A DNA stretch of 64,000 nt. Origin: Spirochaetia bacterium. Lineage in GTDB: Bacteria; Spirochaetota; Spirochaetia; DSM-2461. The notes beneath the pieces are model-generated. The model was not told where the DNA came from. It saw only the letters and a program-made list of their open reading frames with translations, and ran no database searches. Below, one piece after another: positions 9,887 through 19,539 of the stretch (within the stretch, counting starts at the first letter, position 1; every line of letters begins with the position of its first letter). The stretch spans positions 96,001 to 160,000 of the forward strand of contig OY764216.1 in NCBI GenBank assembly GCA_963668315.1, in the 5' to 3' direction. The position numbers and the translations under genes were made by a program.

Positions 9887-10507
9887 TCAGTCTATGAAAT
9901 TTGTAAAAATCCGTTTTTCGTAATCCGGCGCGGGTATGTCCGCCTTCTTTCCTTCTGACAACGAGCGGAGCATCCAGGCCATGTTTTCCCCCAGGACACG
10001 CATGGTCTGGAGCCCTTCCAGATCGCGCTGAACCTCGTCGGGGGTGAAGCCGTGAACCTGATTCCAGTACATGGAAGGAACGACGGGCATCCCGCTTATG
10101 GTAAAATACTTATTGAGCTGATCAAATGTCGAAATAGCCCCGCCCCGGCGGCAGGAGACAACGGCGGCACCGGGCTTGCCCCTCATCAGACGGCTGGCGG
10201 AAAAAAAGAGTCGGTTTAAAAATGCCGTGATCTGTCCGCTGGCGGCGGCATAATAGACGGGAGAGCCGAGAAGAAGCCCGTCAAATTCATGGATCCGGGC
10301 GGCCGTTTCATTGACCAGATCATTAAAAACGCACTTCCTGTGGTCGCGGCAGTAACCGCAATCGGTGCATCCGGCAATCGGCTTCTTACCCAGGTATAAA
10401 ATCTCCGAATCAATATCATGCTTTTCCAGCGTAAGGGCCACCTCTTTCAGGGCGGTATAGGTACAGCCCTTATCATGGGGGCTGCCATTGATCATCAGTA
10501 CTTTCAT
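9887..10507 (-). CDS. Flavodoxin-fold iron-sulfur flavoprotein / FMN reductase
   Basis: INGSPH, CTDCGYCRDHRKC (Cx2Cx2Cx5C), GSPVYY, RRGG. Confidence 0.9.
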   Translation of the reverse strand: MKVLMINGSPHDKGCTYTALKEVALTLEKHDIDSEILYLGKKPIAGCTDCGYCRDHRKCVFNDLVNETAARIHEFDGLLLGSPVYYAAASGQITAFLNRLFFSASRLMRGKPGAAVVSCRRGGAISTFDQLNKYFTISGMPVVPSMYWNQVHGFTPDEVQRDLEGLQTMRVLGENMAWMLRSLSEGKKADIPAPDYEKRIFTNFID

Positions 10508-10900
10508 GCATCTCTCCTTCTGTTATAAGTTTTCCCCTGTCAAGAATACAGAATAAAGAAAAGAAATCATAGGGTGAATACTCCCCGGAAAGGGCTTTCT
10601 GAATTATACTGGAGAGATTCATGGAAAACAGCGGCAGATCAGACGGAAGCACTCCTCTCGCTCTGACGGGGATTCATAATATCCGACTGGTCAGCTGGGG
10701 CAGTCTTCAGCCGGGAATGGTCATCCTTCATCTGGTGGTGGACTGTTCGCACAGTATGGAATCGGCGGGAGAACTGGAAACGGCCCTAGAATATTTTTTT
10801 ATTGTTTCTTTGAATAATAACGTGTAAAAAACTCGATATTCATGAATCAAGGCGGTATAATTGTCAGGAAAGACAAAACTGTCTGCAAGGAGAGAAAAAA

Positions 10901-11074
10901 ATGCATATTATTGATCCTGATGAATGTCAGATGTGCGGAGCCTGTGAAAGCGCTTGTCCTGTTGGAGCCATCAGCATTCCCGAAGGCAAAAATTACTTTG
11001 CCATCAGCGAAGACTGTACCGACTGCGGTGCCTGCGAGGATGAATGCGGTTTCAGCGCCATCAGTGCTGAGTAG
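10901..11074 (+). CDS. 2[4Fe-4S] clostridial-type ferredoxin, 57 aa
   Basis: Manual translation MHIIDPDECQMCGACESACPVGAISIPEGKNYFAISEDCTDCGACEDECGFSAISAE; two Cx2Cx2Cx3C motifs; AAGGAG SD. Below the ORF-track length cut-off. Confidence 0.95.
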   Translation: MHIIDPDECQMCGACESACPVGAISIPEGKNYFAISEDCTDCGACEDECGFSAISAE

Positions 11075-11120
11075 GTTCCCTTATCCATAGGGCTGCTTTC
11101 ACATTGAGCAGCCAGGGCAG

Positions 11121-11155
11121 AACGGCACCACGATACGGTCGGGTGCCGTTTTTTT
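11121..11155 (+). terminator. Rho-independent terminator after ferredoxin
   Basis: AACGGCACC / GGTGCCGTT stem followed by a T run. Confidence 0.8.
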
Positions 11156-11218
11156 ATAGGAGAATCGGTGATAACGATTCCGACAGAGCCGCAATCGATC
11201 CGGGGAGGGATATACACC

Positions 11219-11731
11219 ATGAAAGATCGGAACATTACCATAGAGGAGTTTTCCGCAAATGAACATTCTGTGGATGAAATAACAGAAATACTGCACCGAG
11301 CCTATTCCAGACTTTTGAAAATGGGTCTGAAATTCTGGGCGACAACGCAATCGCCCGAAGAGACCTTGAAAAGATTCAATGACGGCCGGGGATTTGTCGC
11401 CCTGCGGGAGGGAAAAATCGTAGGCACCATCACCTACTATGACGATTGCAGAAACAACGACTGCGAATGGTATAAATCCCCTTCGGTATCGCGTTTCGGC
11501 CAGTTTGCCGTAGATCCCGACATACAGGCTGCGGGAATCGGTTCTCTCCTGATCGAAACCGTCACGGAACTGGCCAAATCGAATGAAAAAAAGGAACTGG
11601 CCCTGGATACTTCGGAAAAGGCGGAACACCTGATTGAGTATTACGAGAAGAGGGGCTTCCGTTTCATCCAGTACATGCAGTGGCACAGGGTGAATTACAG
11701 AAGCGTTGTGATGAGTAAAAAGATCTCATAG
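11219..11731 (+). CDS. GNAT family N-acetyltransferase
   Basis: FGQFAVDPDIQAAGIGSLL, ALDTSE, YYEKRGF; ATG at 11219 has a GGAGG SD. Confidence 0.9.
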   Translation: MKDRNITIEEFSANEHSVDEITEILHRAYSRLLKMGLKFWATTQSPEETLKRFNDGRGFVALREGKIVGTITYYDDCRNNDCEWYKSPSVSRFGQFAVDPDIQAAGIGSLLIETVTELAKSNEKKELALDTSEKAEHLIEYYEKRGFRFIQYMQWHRVNYRSVVMSKKIS

Positions 11732-11779
11732 GGGCCCGGGAAAGCCGGCGGCATCAGCGAGAGAAAAAGGCAGGCCAAA

Positions 11780-13009
11780 TTGACATACACCAAAAAAGAA
11801 TTATGCAGGGTAAGAACCGTTACAGCCTTCGTAGTCCTCGAACCGGACAGAAAGCAGTGGCGGGAGGAGATTTCCCGTGCTTCGGACTTTCTGAAGGACG
11901 TGTCTGCCGGGATAACCGGCAGCGGCTACGAGGTCCAAAGCCTCAGGATCGTGACGAATCCCTTCGGGGAATATCTGGATACGGCGGATATCGCCACGGC
12001 CCGGAAAGGTCTCTCCGAGTTACAGGCCCTTCTTGCCGATCTCTCTTCCGGTGGGACAAGGGTGCGCTTTTCTATCGGAGAAGCCCGCAATGTTCATGAA
12101 ATATCCCTCCTCCCGGAACTGATCAGGGACTTCGGAGATCTCTGCAATACCTGCGTTAATATAGGAATCGATGAAAGGGGGATCCTGGAAAAAGATCTGA
12201 TTCCCCCTTCGGTGGACGCCATTCTGGCCATAAGCCGTATCACCCCCCGGGGTGAGGGCAATTTCAATTTTACCGTCAACTGTAACTGCGCTCCCCTCAT
12301 TCCCTATTTCCCGGCGGGATACCACAGAAAAGAGCTGGGAAAGAAATATGTCATTGGCCTGGAAACGCCGGATCTCCTGGTTCACGTGCTCCGGGAGGGC
12401 AGCGTGACAGCCCCCGGGGAATCTCTCCACAGCCGGCTGGGACGATATGAACAGGCCTTGGGGGAAGCCCTGCAGTACCATATCTCATCCATCGCGGAAC
12501 TTCTGGATAACCGGGACAGCCGGGGATTCGAGCTTGCCGGTTTCGACAGTTCTGCCGCCCCGTCCAAATCCTGTGCCAGTATGACCGAAGTGTATGAGCT
12601 GATGGGGGTGGATCATTTCGGAGCCGCGGGAACGCTGGAAGCGTCTTCCCTCCTTACAAGGGTTTTCAAATCCGTCAAGGGAGTGGAACTGGCCGGATTC
12701 TCGGGGCTGATGCTCGCTCTGACCGAGGACCGGGGACTGGCCGAAGGGAGTGCAAAGGGATATTTCGATATACGGACTCTGCTTATGAACAGCGCCGTCT
12801 GCGGGATCGGCCTGGATACGGTACCCATCCCCGGGGATACTCCGCCGGAGAAAATATCCGCCATCATCAGAGACACGGGGGCCATGGCCTTCAGACTGAA
12901 CAAACCTCTGACGGTCAGGCTTTTTCCCGTCCCCGGCCTGAAGGCGGGAGATATGACGCGCTTCGAAAGTCCCGATCTGTGCAACTGCTCCGTACTGGAG
13001 ATTCCCTGA
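11780..13009 (+). CDS. DUF711 (UPF0210-like) family protein
   Basis: VRTVT, PYFPAGYH, GFSGLMLALTEDRGLA, SAVCGIGLDTVPIPGD, KPLTVRLFPVPG. Confidence 0.85.
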   Translation: MTYTKKELCRVRTVTAFVVLEPDRKQWREEISRASDFLKDVSAGITGSGYEVQSLRIVTNPFGEYLDTADIATARKGLSELQALLADLSSGGTRVRFSIGEARNVHEISLLPELIRDFGDLCNTCVNIGIDERGILEKDLIPPSVDAILAISRITPRGEGNFNFTVNCNCAPLIPYFPAGYHRKELGKKYVIGLETPDLLVHVLREGSVTAPGESLHSRLGRYEQALGEALQYHISSIAELLDNRDSRGFELAGFDSSAAPSKSCASMTEVYELMGVDHFGAAGTLEASSLLTRVFKSVKGVELAGFSGLMLALTEDRGLAEGSAKGYFDIRTLLMNSAVCGIGLDTVPIPGDTPPEKISAIIRDTGAMAFRLNKPLTVRLFPVPGLKAGDMTRFESPDLCNCSVLEIP

Positions 13010-13153
13010 TCCGCCGGTCGGGTATGATCGGTATGCCCCGTCCAGAAAAACAGAGATGAATGGGCGGATTGGGGCAGTCAAACACTTGCCACCCTGATTT
13101 CTGACGTGTAAAATCGGTCCCGCTACCATAATTTTATCTCAGGAGTTTTATAA

Positions 13154-14734
13154 ATGGAAGATCTTTCCTACGGAGCGCTTGCTATCCTGCCTCCGCTTAT
13201 CGCTATATTTTTTGCCATGTGGAAAAAACAGGTCATAATCTCCCTTCTGGCGGGAATCTGGGGCGGCGCCACCATCATCAGCCACTGGAATCCTCTCAAG
13301 GGACTTCTCCAGACTTTTTCCCATTACATTGTAGGCCAGTCACTGGCCGATTCATGGAATATCGGGATCATCGTGTTCCTCCTGGCGGTGGGAGGAATGA
13401 TCGGGCTGATCAGCAAAATGGGCGGGACCCAGGCCATCGCGGACAGAATATCTGCCAAGGCAAAGGATGTCCGTTCCACCCAGCTGGCGGCGGCTCTCAT
13501 GGGAGTGGCCATATTCTTTGATGATTACGCGAACTCCATCATTGTCGGGAATACCATGCGGCCCATCACGGACAAGCAGAGAATATCCCGGGAGAAACTT
13601 TCCTATATAGTCGATTCCTCCGCGGCCCCCGTCTCCTCCATGGCTCCCATTTCCACCTGGATCGCCATGGAACTGGGACTAATCGCCGCCGGTCTCCAGG
13701 CTCTGGACATCCACGGCAACTCCATGCTGGTCTTTTTCCAGACCATACCGTTCCGGTTTTACTCCATCTTCTCCCTTGTCCTTCTCTTTACCCTGATTCT
13801 CAGAAAAAGGGATTACGCCACCATGCTCAAAGCGGAGATCCGGGCCAGGAAAACGGGAGAAGTCTACCGGGCCGGGTCCAACCCCATGATTACGGAAGAT
13901 AAGGATCTCCTGCCGGCCGAAGATATAAAAGTATCGCTTCTCGATGTCATGATCCCGATAGGCCTGTTTATTGTCATCACCTTTCTGGGGCTCTGGTATA
14001 ACGGTTATGAAGAGGGGATGTCCTTCCGGGACGCCATGGGGAATGCCGATGCGTCGGTTGTCCTGACCTGGGCGTCCTTCATCAGCTCCATAGCCGCGGG
14101 AATCCAGGGAATAATCAGGAAAAGATTCGGCCTTTCCGCCGCCGTAGACGCCTGGATAGGCGGTGCCAAAACGATGATGACGGCGGTAATCATCCTGACC
14201 CTCGCCTTTGCCCTGAAAGCCGTCATCTCCGAGATGCAGCTGGCCGAATGGCTGGTTCATGTCATCCCCTTCACGGAAGGGGGACTTGCCGTGATCCTGC
14301 TGCCCACCCTGGTGTTTGTGACGGCCATGTTTGTCGCCTTTTCGACAGGAACATCCTGGGGAACCAACTCCATTCTCATGCCCATAGTCATTCCCGTGGC
14401 AGCCAACGTATCGGCGGCATCGGGAACGGTCACCCCCCTGATACTGGCCTGCATAGGAAGCGTCCTTACCGGTGCGGTGTTCGGAGATCACTGTTCTCCC
14501 ATATCGGACACCACGATCCTGTCCTCTTCGGCTTCGGGTTCCGACCATATCGATCACGTGAAGACCCAGGCCCCTTACGCCCTGACCGCCGCCGGAATCG
14601 CCATACTTCTGGGAACTCTTCCCGCAGGATTCGGGATTCCCAGCTGGATCAGCCTTCTTCTGGGAGCTGTTGTCATCGTCGTACTGGTGGGGGCTGTAGG
14701 GAAAAAAATCGATGCAGAAGGAAATATTGTGTAA
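13154..14734 (+). CDS. Na+/H+ antiporter NhaC family (amino-acid transporter-like) protein
   Basis: IFFDDYAN, REKLSYIVDSSAAP, TGTSWGT, GAVFGDHCSPISDTTILSS, DHVKTQ. Confidence 0.9.
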   Translation: MEDLSYGALAILPPLIAIFFAMWKKQVIISLLAGIWGGATIISHWNPLKGLLQTFSHYIVGQSLADSWNIGIIVFLLAVGGMIGLISKMGGTQAIADRISAKAKDVRSTQLAAALMGVAIFFDDYANSIIVGNTMRPITDKQRISREKLSYIVDSSAAPVSSMAPISTWIAMELGLIAAGLQALDIHGNSMLVFFQTIPFRFYSIFSLVLLFTLILRKRDYATMLKAEIRARKTGEVYRAGSNPMITEDKDLLPAEDIKVSLLDVMIPIGLFIVITFLGLWYNGYEEGMSFRDAMGNADASVVLTWASFISSIAAGIQGIIRKRFGLSAAVDAWIGGAKTMMTAVIILTLAFALKAVISEMQLAEWLVHVIPFTEGGLAVILLPTLVFVTAMFVAFSTGTSWGTNSILMPIVIPVAANVSAASGTVTPLILACIGSVLTGAVFGDHCSPISDTTILSSSASGSDHIDHVKTQAPYALTAAGIAILLGTLPAGFGIPSWISLLLGAVVIVVLVGAVGKKIDAEGNIV

Positions 14735-14767
14735 AGCACGGAAACAATCAGTGCTTCCCCTCTGAAT

Positions 14768-14804
14768 AAGGGCCGGATCGGTCATGCCGAATCCGGCCCT
14801 TTTT
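14768..14804 (+). terminator. Rho-independent terminator
   Basis: AAGGGCCGGAT...ATCCGGCCCTT stem plus T run after the NhaC gene. Confidence 0.8.
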
Positions 14805-14902
14805 GGATCAAGGATGGAGAACGTCATTCGGTCATCTCACTCTCATTGATAAAATCCAGCTGGTATCGTTGAGAGAGCAATGACATTATCAGGTTGAATA
14901 TT

Positions 14903-15505
14903 TCACAGTTTCAGCCACAAAGCAGGACGGACACCGCCTCTACACACACCGTCGCTTATATTGCCTTTCAAAATATTATTTCCCTGGATACCAATATTTC
15001 CATCACCATGTATGTAGACAGCTTTTACACTCACCCGGCCTGGAGAACGCAGCCACCACCAGGTCCCCTTCTCGCTTGCCTCAGCGCGGGCTATCCGCAG
15101 AGAGTTGTTTTTATCTTTTCGTTGAAACCAATACCTTTGATTTTTCCCTGGATTCAGTAATAACGAACGGCTGTCACCGAAATATTCGCACACGGCTTCT
15201 TCGACACTTAATAAGAAAATATAATCTTCCGTATCTTCTCCCCCTCTAGAGCCGTACCACGGGTTGTCAGGGTTAGTATTTATTACTTGGGCGATTTTTT
15301 CCTTTTCATCGGCCTTGAATTTCTCATAAAATTCTCCGTTCAGGTACTTTCTCAATGAGCAATCCGCCCAAGTCACGTCCATGTATTCGTCATGGTAAGG
15401 ACGTCGATCTATGACATATTCCGTAATGACCAGAGCCATATTCTCCTTTTTCGCCAATACGTTCCACTCATAGTCGCCAAATGTTACTCTATCACCTATT
15501 TCCAT
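14903..15505 (-). CDS. DUF6273 domain protein
   Basis: FGDYEWNVL, TWADCSLRKYLN, IFLLSVEEA, WWWLRSPG, GGVRPALWL. Confidence 0.75.
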   Translation of the reverse strand: MEIGDRVTFGDYEWNVLAKKENMALVITEYVIDRRPYHDEYMDVTWADCSLRKYLNGEFYEKFKADEKEKIAQVINTNPDNPWYGSRGGEDTEDYIFLLSVEEAVCEYFGDSRSLLLNPGKNQRYWFQRKDKNNSLRIARAEASEKGTWWWLRSPGRVSVKAVYIHGDGNIGIQGNNILKGNISDGVCRGGVRPALWLKL

Positions 15506-15666
15506 AATCACCTTCCGGGAAGATTTTATTATAGATTCCCCCTCGGGAAAAGTACCAATCTTAATAATCTCACCATCATGATATTCTTACCGGAATACCC
15601 TGTTATAACAAGCGCTGCGGTCATTGGACTGATATGCCCCATTCAATATCCCGGTCTTTGTGAGCA

Positions 15667-16350
15667 CTATTGAGACTTTCCCCTATTCATGGCACAGTCA
15701 GCTCCCTCCTCATAACTGCTCCTAAGCATTTTCATCCCCAGAGGCAAGTAGCCAATGCACATGAAAACGGCCCCCAGACTGCTTATCAGTTCAATATCGG
15801 GATTGTTCAGAAGCAGCAGGCCTGCTATTGTCATGGTACCGGAAACTTTCCCCACCACTCTTTCCTGCATCAGTCCGGCTATTTGTATGGCGGCGCCCAG
15901 GGGAAGCAGCGGGAGGAGGTAGAACATGACCAACAGGCCCTGCCTATTCATGATAGCCTCAAGGGCAGGAGAAATCCGGTCGAACTCCTGTACGGAAAGC
16001 GATTCGAAGGCCGAAAGGACAATACAGAGGGCCCCCTTGTCTCCGGCAAGAATCACCGCACCTGTTATGCCAATCAGACCTCCTATATTAAGCCACAATC
16101 TCCCCTTCTCTGCCGGGACGAGCATCAGACCAGCCAACGCGAACACAATAAAGGGCACCGACGCAAAGACAACAAGATGTCCCGCATGGAACAGTACCCG
16201 GCCATGAAAGTTGGCGATGTAGCCTTCCATGGAACAGACCATCCGAAGGGAAAGGATATCCGGATGCATCAGAAACCCCGCCAGTAATAATACCGGAAAG
16301 ATAAGCATTGAGATGGCCGATACCCTCGGAAATAAATTTTTGCTGTTCAT
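15667..16350 (-). CDS. Hypothetical multi-pass membrane protein
   Basis: Several hydrophobic segments; GGAGG SD; lies downstream of marR. Confidence 0.7.
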   Translation of the reverse strand: MNSKNLFPRVSAISMLIFPVLLLAGFLMHPDILSLRMVCSMEGYIANFHGRVLFHAGHLVVFASVPFIVFALAGLMLVPAEKGRLWLNIGGLIGITGAVILAGDKGALCIVLSAFESLSVQEFDRISPALEAIMNRQGLLVMFYLLPLLPLGAAIQIAGLMQERVVGKVSGTMTIAGLLLLNNPDIELISSLGAVFMCIGYLPLGMKMLRSSYEEGADCAMNRGKSQ

Positions 16351-16367
16351 AATTCCTCCTGTTTATT

Positions 16368-16382
16368 GTTAACCTGGTTAAC
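16368..16382. promoter_or_regulatory. Putative MarR operator, copy 1
   Basis: Perfect palindrome GTTAACC-T-GGTTAAC just upstream of the membrane protein gene. Confidence 0.75.
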
Positions 16383-16399
16383 TTGTGGTTAAAAAATTA

Positions 16400-16834
16400 T
16401 TAAGAGATAATGTCTCTCATTCTTTTAAAATACGAAAGGATAATCATCTTTTCCTTCCCAGACAGATCCTGCTCCAGCTGCCGCAGCGGTCCAAATGTTT
16501 TCTCTTCAAAATCAGAATGTCCCTCTGCCGCTAATTTCCCTTTTCCTGTAACATAAAAGAGAACTTCCTTCTGATTGCTACCGGAGCGTTTTTTTTCTAA
16601 ATATCCCCGCTTTATCAACTTGGATGTAAACTTTGATACAGCTGCTTTTGAAACGCCCAATTTCTCTGCCAGCTGGGTCAGATTGAGTCCAGGGCAGTCC
16701 GACACGGCCGTGACGGTATGGATTTCCGATGAAAACAGCCCTTCTCCTGTCCCGTAATCCCGGGCGGTTCTTTCCAACTCACTAAGATAACCATGGGAAA
16801 AATAGATTTGATCCAGGATTCGTTCCTCAGCCAT
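16400..16834 (-). CDS. MarR family transcriptional regulator
   Basis: SEIHTV, LNLTQLAEKLGVSKAAVSKFTSKLIKRGYL, VTGKG winged helix. Confidence 0.9.
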   Translation of the reverse strand: MAEERILDQIYFSHGYLSELERTARDYGTGEGLFSSEIHTVTAVSDCPGLNLTQLAEKLGVSKAAVSKFTSKLIKRGYLEKKRSGSNQKEVLFYVTGKGKLAAEGHSDFEEKTFGPLRQLEQDLSGKEKMIILSYFKRMRDIIS

Positions 16835-16843
16835 ATCCAATTA

Positions 16844-16869
16844 TTAACCTGGTTAACATAATATGTCAA
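16844..16869 (-). promoter_or_regulatory. marR promoter with putative operator copy 2 in the spacer
   Basis: TTGACA at 16869-16864 (minus strand); TTAACCTGGTTAAC at 16844-16857. Confidence 0.75.
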
Positions 16870-17027
16870 GACACCCCTGATTATTTTTACGAGAAGGGAG
16901 TCCCTGACTGAGTTCCTTCCTGCGCTCAATAACGACGCAGGATATCGGGTTTCTTCGATTCAGGACTATTTTTTATCTCCATGATTTTTATTTGCATCCC
17001 TCAGATAATAAGGTATAATAAACTACC

Positions 17028-18725
17028 ATGATTTTATCCGCAAAAAGGATCATCCCTCTTTTGTTTCTCCTTTCCATCTACCGGCTCTCAGGGGAATCTC
17101 TGCCTGTCCAGGGTAGTATCCGGCTGGATAATGGAGATCTTTCTCACGGGGTATACTTAGGGGGAGAGTGGATTTTTGAAAATGACCGGGGAGAACGGTC
17201 CATCCAGAGTGTCCCGGATCTATGGAATGAAAGATACGACACATTTAAGGGGAAAGGGGCTTATGAACTTAATCTGTTCGTCCCCAGAGGTGAAATGGTC
17301 GCCCTCTATTTTCCCCAGCTGAATATGAATATCCGCGTGCTCCTTAATGGAGAAGTATTATATAAAACCCGGATTCCCGGGCGTACCCCCCACGGATATA
17401 TTCCGGGATCGGCCGTCTTTAAAAGTGCCGGGAATAATCTGATCCGCATTGAGCTGGACAACTATTTCTTCCGGCGGGGAGGTCTTTTCCGTGCCTTGCG
17501 GGTAGGATCTCCCGAGGTAATCTATAGCTACAGGGCCCGGATTCTCATCTTCCAGGTCTTTCTCTCGGGAATTATGTTCTTTCTCTTTCTCTATAGCCTT
17601 TATATTTTTTTCCATAAATACACCGACCTTTCCGCATTTTATCTGGGGCTGGCTTCTCTTGGCTTTGTCCTGCGTGGGATGATCACCGGAGAAATGCCCC
17701 TCTCACTTCTCATTCCCATCCTGCCCTGGTCCCTGTTTTATAGACTGGAATATATTCTTATCTATTCGGGCGCCCTCTTTGTGGCCCTTTTTCTCCGCCG
17801 GATGTTCCCGCCTTCGAAGAAAAAGATATGTCGTTTTTTTTCACTTATTATCATTGTCGGGGTGATATCCATTGTCGCCACGTTATTTATCCCCCTTTTC
17901 TGGGTAAGCCATTCGGTATACTGGGTCCAGACCTACGGCCTTATCGTGTTCATCTACGGTCTCGTTTTCATCGCCCGGCACATGATAGAAAATGACAGGG
18001 AAGCCTTGATTATCTTCATCGGGGGATTTTTCTTTCTATCCCTGACGGTCTTGGATATCCTTAATACCCACGGGGCCCATTTCTTCCCCGACTTAACCCA
18101 GGCGGGAATGGTTTTCTTTCTCCTGTCCCAATTCCTGGTCCTGACCAGAAGATTCGGGGAATCCTACTTAAAAGCGGAAAAGCTGTCCCGTGAACTGGAG
18201 AAGGAAGTGGCCCTTCAAACAGAGGAACTGGTAAAACTTTCCCGCACCGATCCCCTTACGGGCCTCCTCAACCGCCGACGTTTTTGGGAACTGGGGGAAA
18301 GGGAAGGAGAAATCCACAGGCGATACGGTAATCCCCTGACACTGATGATGCTGGATCTTGACAATTTCAAAGATATTAATGACCTCCATGGTCATGCTGT
18401 GGGAGACTGTGTTCTGGTTTTCATGTCCCGCCTGTGCCAGGAGCTGATCCGTACTTCCGATATACTGGGAAGGCTGGGCGGAGAGGAGTTTGCCCTGATC
18501 CTAAGGGAAACGGGTCTGGAAGAGGCCCAAACCATTGCGGAGAGAATACGCTGGGAACTGGAGACGAGGTCCTCTCATTACAGGGAGGAGATTCCCCCCG
18601 TTACCGTCAGCATAGGCCTGGTTGAGTATGGGGAAGACGAGACCCTCGCTCAGGCTTTGGACCGGGCGGATAAACAGCTTTACCGGGCCAAGAGAGACGG
18701 GCGGAATCGTGTGGCCGTGGGCTGA
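17028..18725 (+). CDS. Diguanylate cyclase with 7TM-DISM sensor
   Basis: Signal peptide, beta-rich extracellular domain (SVPDLWN, NYFFRRGG), 7 TM, DPLTGLLNRR, RTSD I-site, GGEEF. Confidence 0.9.
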   Translation: MILSAKRIIPLLFLLSIYRLSGESLPVQGSIRLDNGDLSHGVYLGGEWIFENDRGERSIQSVPDLWNERYDTFKGKGAYELNLFVPRGEMVALYFPQLNMNIRVLLNGEVLYKTRIPGRTPHGYIPGSAVFKSAGNNLIRIELDNYFFRRGGLFRALRVGSPEVIYSYRARILIFQVFLSGIMFFLFLYSLYIFFHKYTDLSAFYLGLASLGFVLRGMITGEMPLSLLIPILPWSLFYRLEYILIYSGALFVALFLRRMFPPSKKKICRFFSLIIIVGVISIVATLFIPLFWVSHSVYWVQTYGLIVFIYGLVFIARHMIENDREALIIFIGGFFFLSLTVLDILNTHGAHFFPDLTQAGMVFFLLSQFLVLTRRFGESYLKAEKLSRELEKEVALQTEELVKLSRTDPLTGLLNRRRFWELGEREGEIHRRYGNPLTLMMLDLDNFKDINDLHGHAVGDCVLVFMSRLCQELIRTSDILGRLGGEEFALILRETGLEEAQTIAERIRWELETRSSHYREEIPPVTVSIGLVEYGEDETLAQALDRADKQLYRAKRDGRNRVAVG

Positions 18726-18912
18726 TTTTACTCCCATGCAATACAACCCTTGACACATGGTCAAGTTTCATCTACCGTCCTTTACGTCAAAGGAATAATC
18801 CGTCCGACATAATCTGCACAAGGGCAGACATATATTTATCTCGACGGGGCAGGAGGTGAATATTGTTATGCGTCTCTTCCATGGATAAGGGAAGAGCTGA
18901 CAATAGATCCAT

Positions 18913-19539
18913 ATGGTTAGAACGGTCAGGTTGATTTTCGGGCTTTTTTTATATGCCCTCGGCATTACCCTTAGTATACAGGCGAACATAGGGCTGTCTC
19001 CCTGGGCCGCCTTTAGCATGGGGGTCTCCTATCTTGCTCATATTTCCTATGGCAATGTGGTCGTCATTTCCGGGTTTGCTATTATTGCCATTGATTTCGC
19101 GCTGAAAGAGAAAATTAGGTTCGGAACCATTCTCAACGCCTTATTGATAGGAAAGTTTGTAGATTTGATCCAGTTTTCCGAAGTGATACCTCAAATGACC
19201 AACTTCTGGTATGGCACCATCACTATCCTTTTAGGGCAGGTAGTCATCTGCCTGGGAAGCTATTTCTATATCGGCGCTTCCCTCGGCTGCGGCCCACGGG
19301 ATGCGCTTATGGTTGCCCTGGGAAAACGGATGCCCCGCATGCCCATAGGAGCCATAAGGGGTTTGATAGAAGGCACGGTCCTCTTTATTGGATGGCTGCT
19401 AGGGGCGATAGTCGGCATAGGCACGGTAATATCCGTATTCGGGATTGGATTTATTCTGCAATTCACTTTCAAATTGCTGCGTTTTGATGTAAAGAATATC
19501 AAACACGAGAGTCTGAGTGATACTGTCAGGGCAATGTAA
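18913..19539 (+). CDS. YczE/YyaS/YitT family membrane protein
   Basis: ANIGLSPW, GTILN, LGCGPRDALM, VGIGTVIS. Confidence 0.85.
   Translation: MVRTVRLIFGLFLYALGITLSIQANIGLSPWAAFSMGVSYLAHISYGNVVVISGFAIIAIDFALKEKIRFGTILNALLIGKFVDLIQFSEVIPQMTNFWYGTITILLGQVVICLGSYFYIGASLGCGPRDALMVALGKRMPRMPIGAIRGLIEGTVLFIGWLLGAIVGIGTVISVFGIGFILQFTFKLLRFDVKNIKHESLSDTVRAM

Noticed and set aside
10842..11090. 82-aa track ORF
   Set aside because: Out-of-frame overlap of the real ferredoxin gene.
13010..13153. Possible lysine riboswitch upstream of the NhaC-family gene
   Set aside because: A TTGCCA-17-TAAAAT promoter leaves only a short leader, and no riboswitch motif is recognisable.
14903..15505. DUF6273 C-terminus (WWLRSP...GVRPA) resembles variable regions of diversity-generating-retroelement targets
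   Set aside because: I saw no reverse transcriptase and no second (template) copy of the region in the window.
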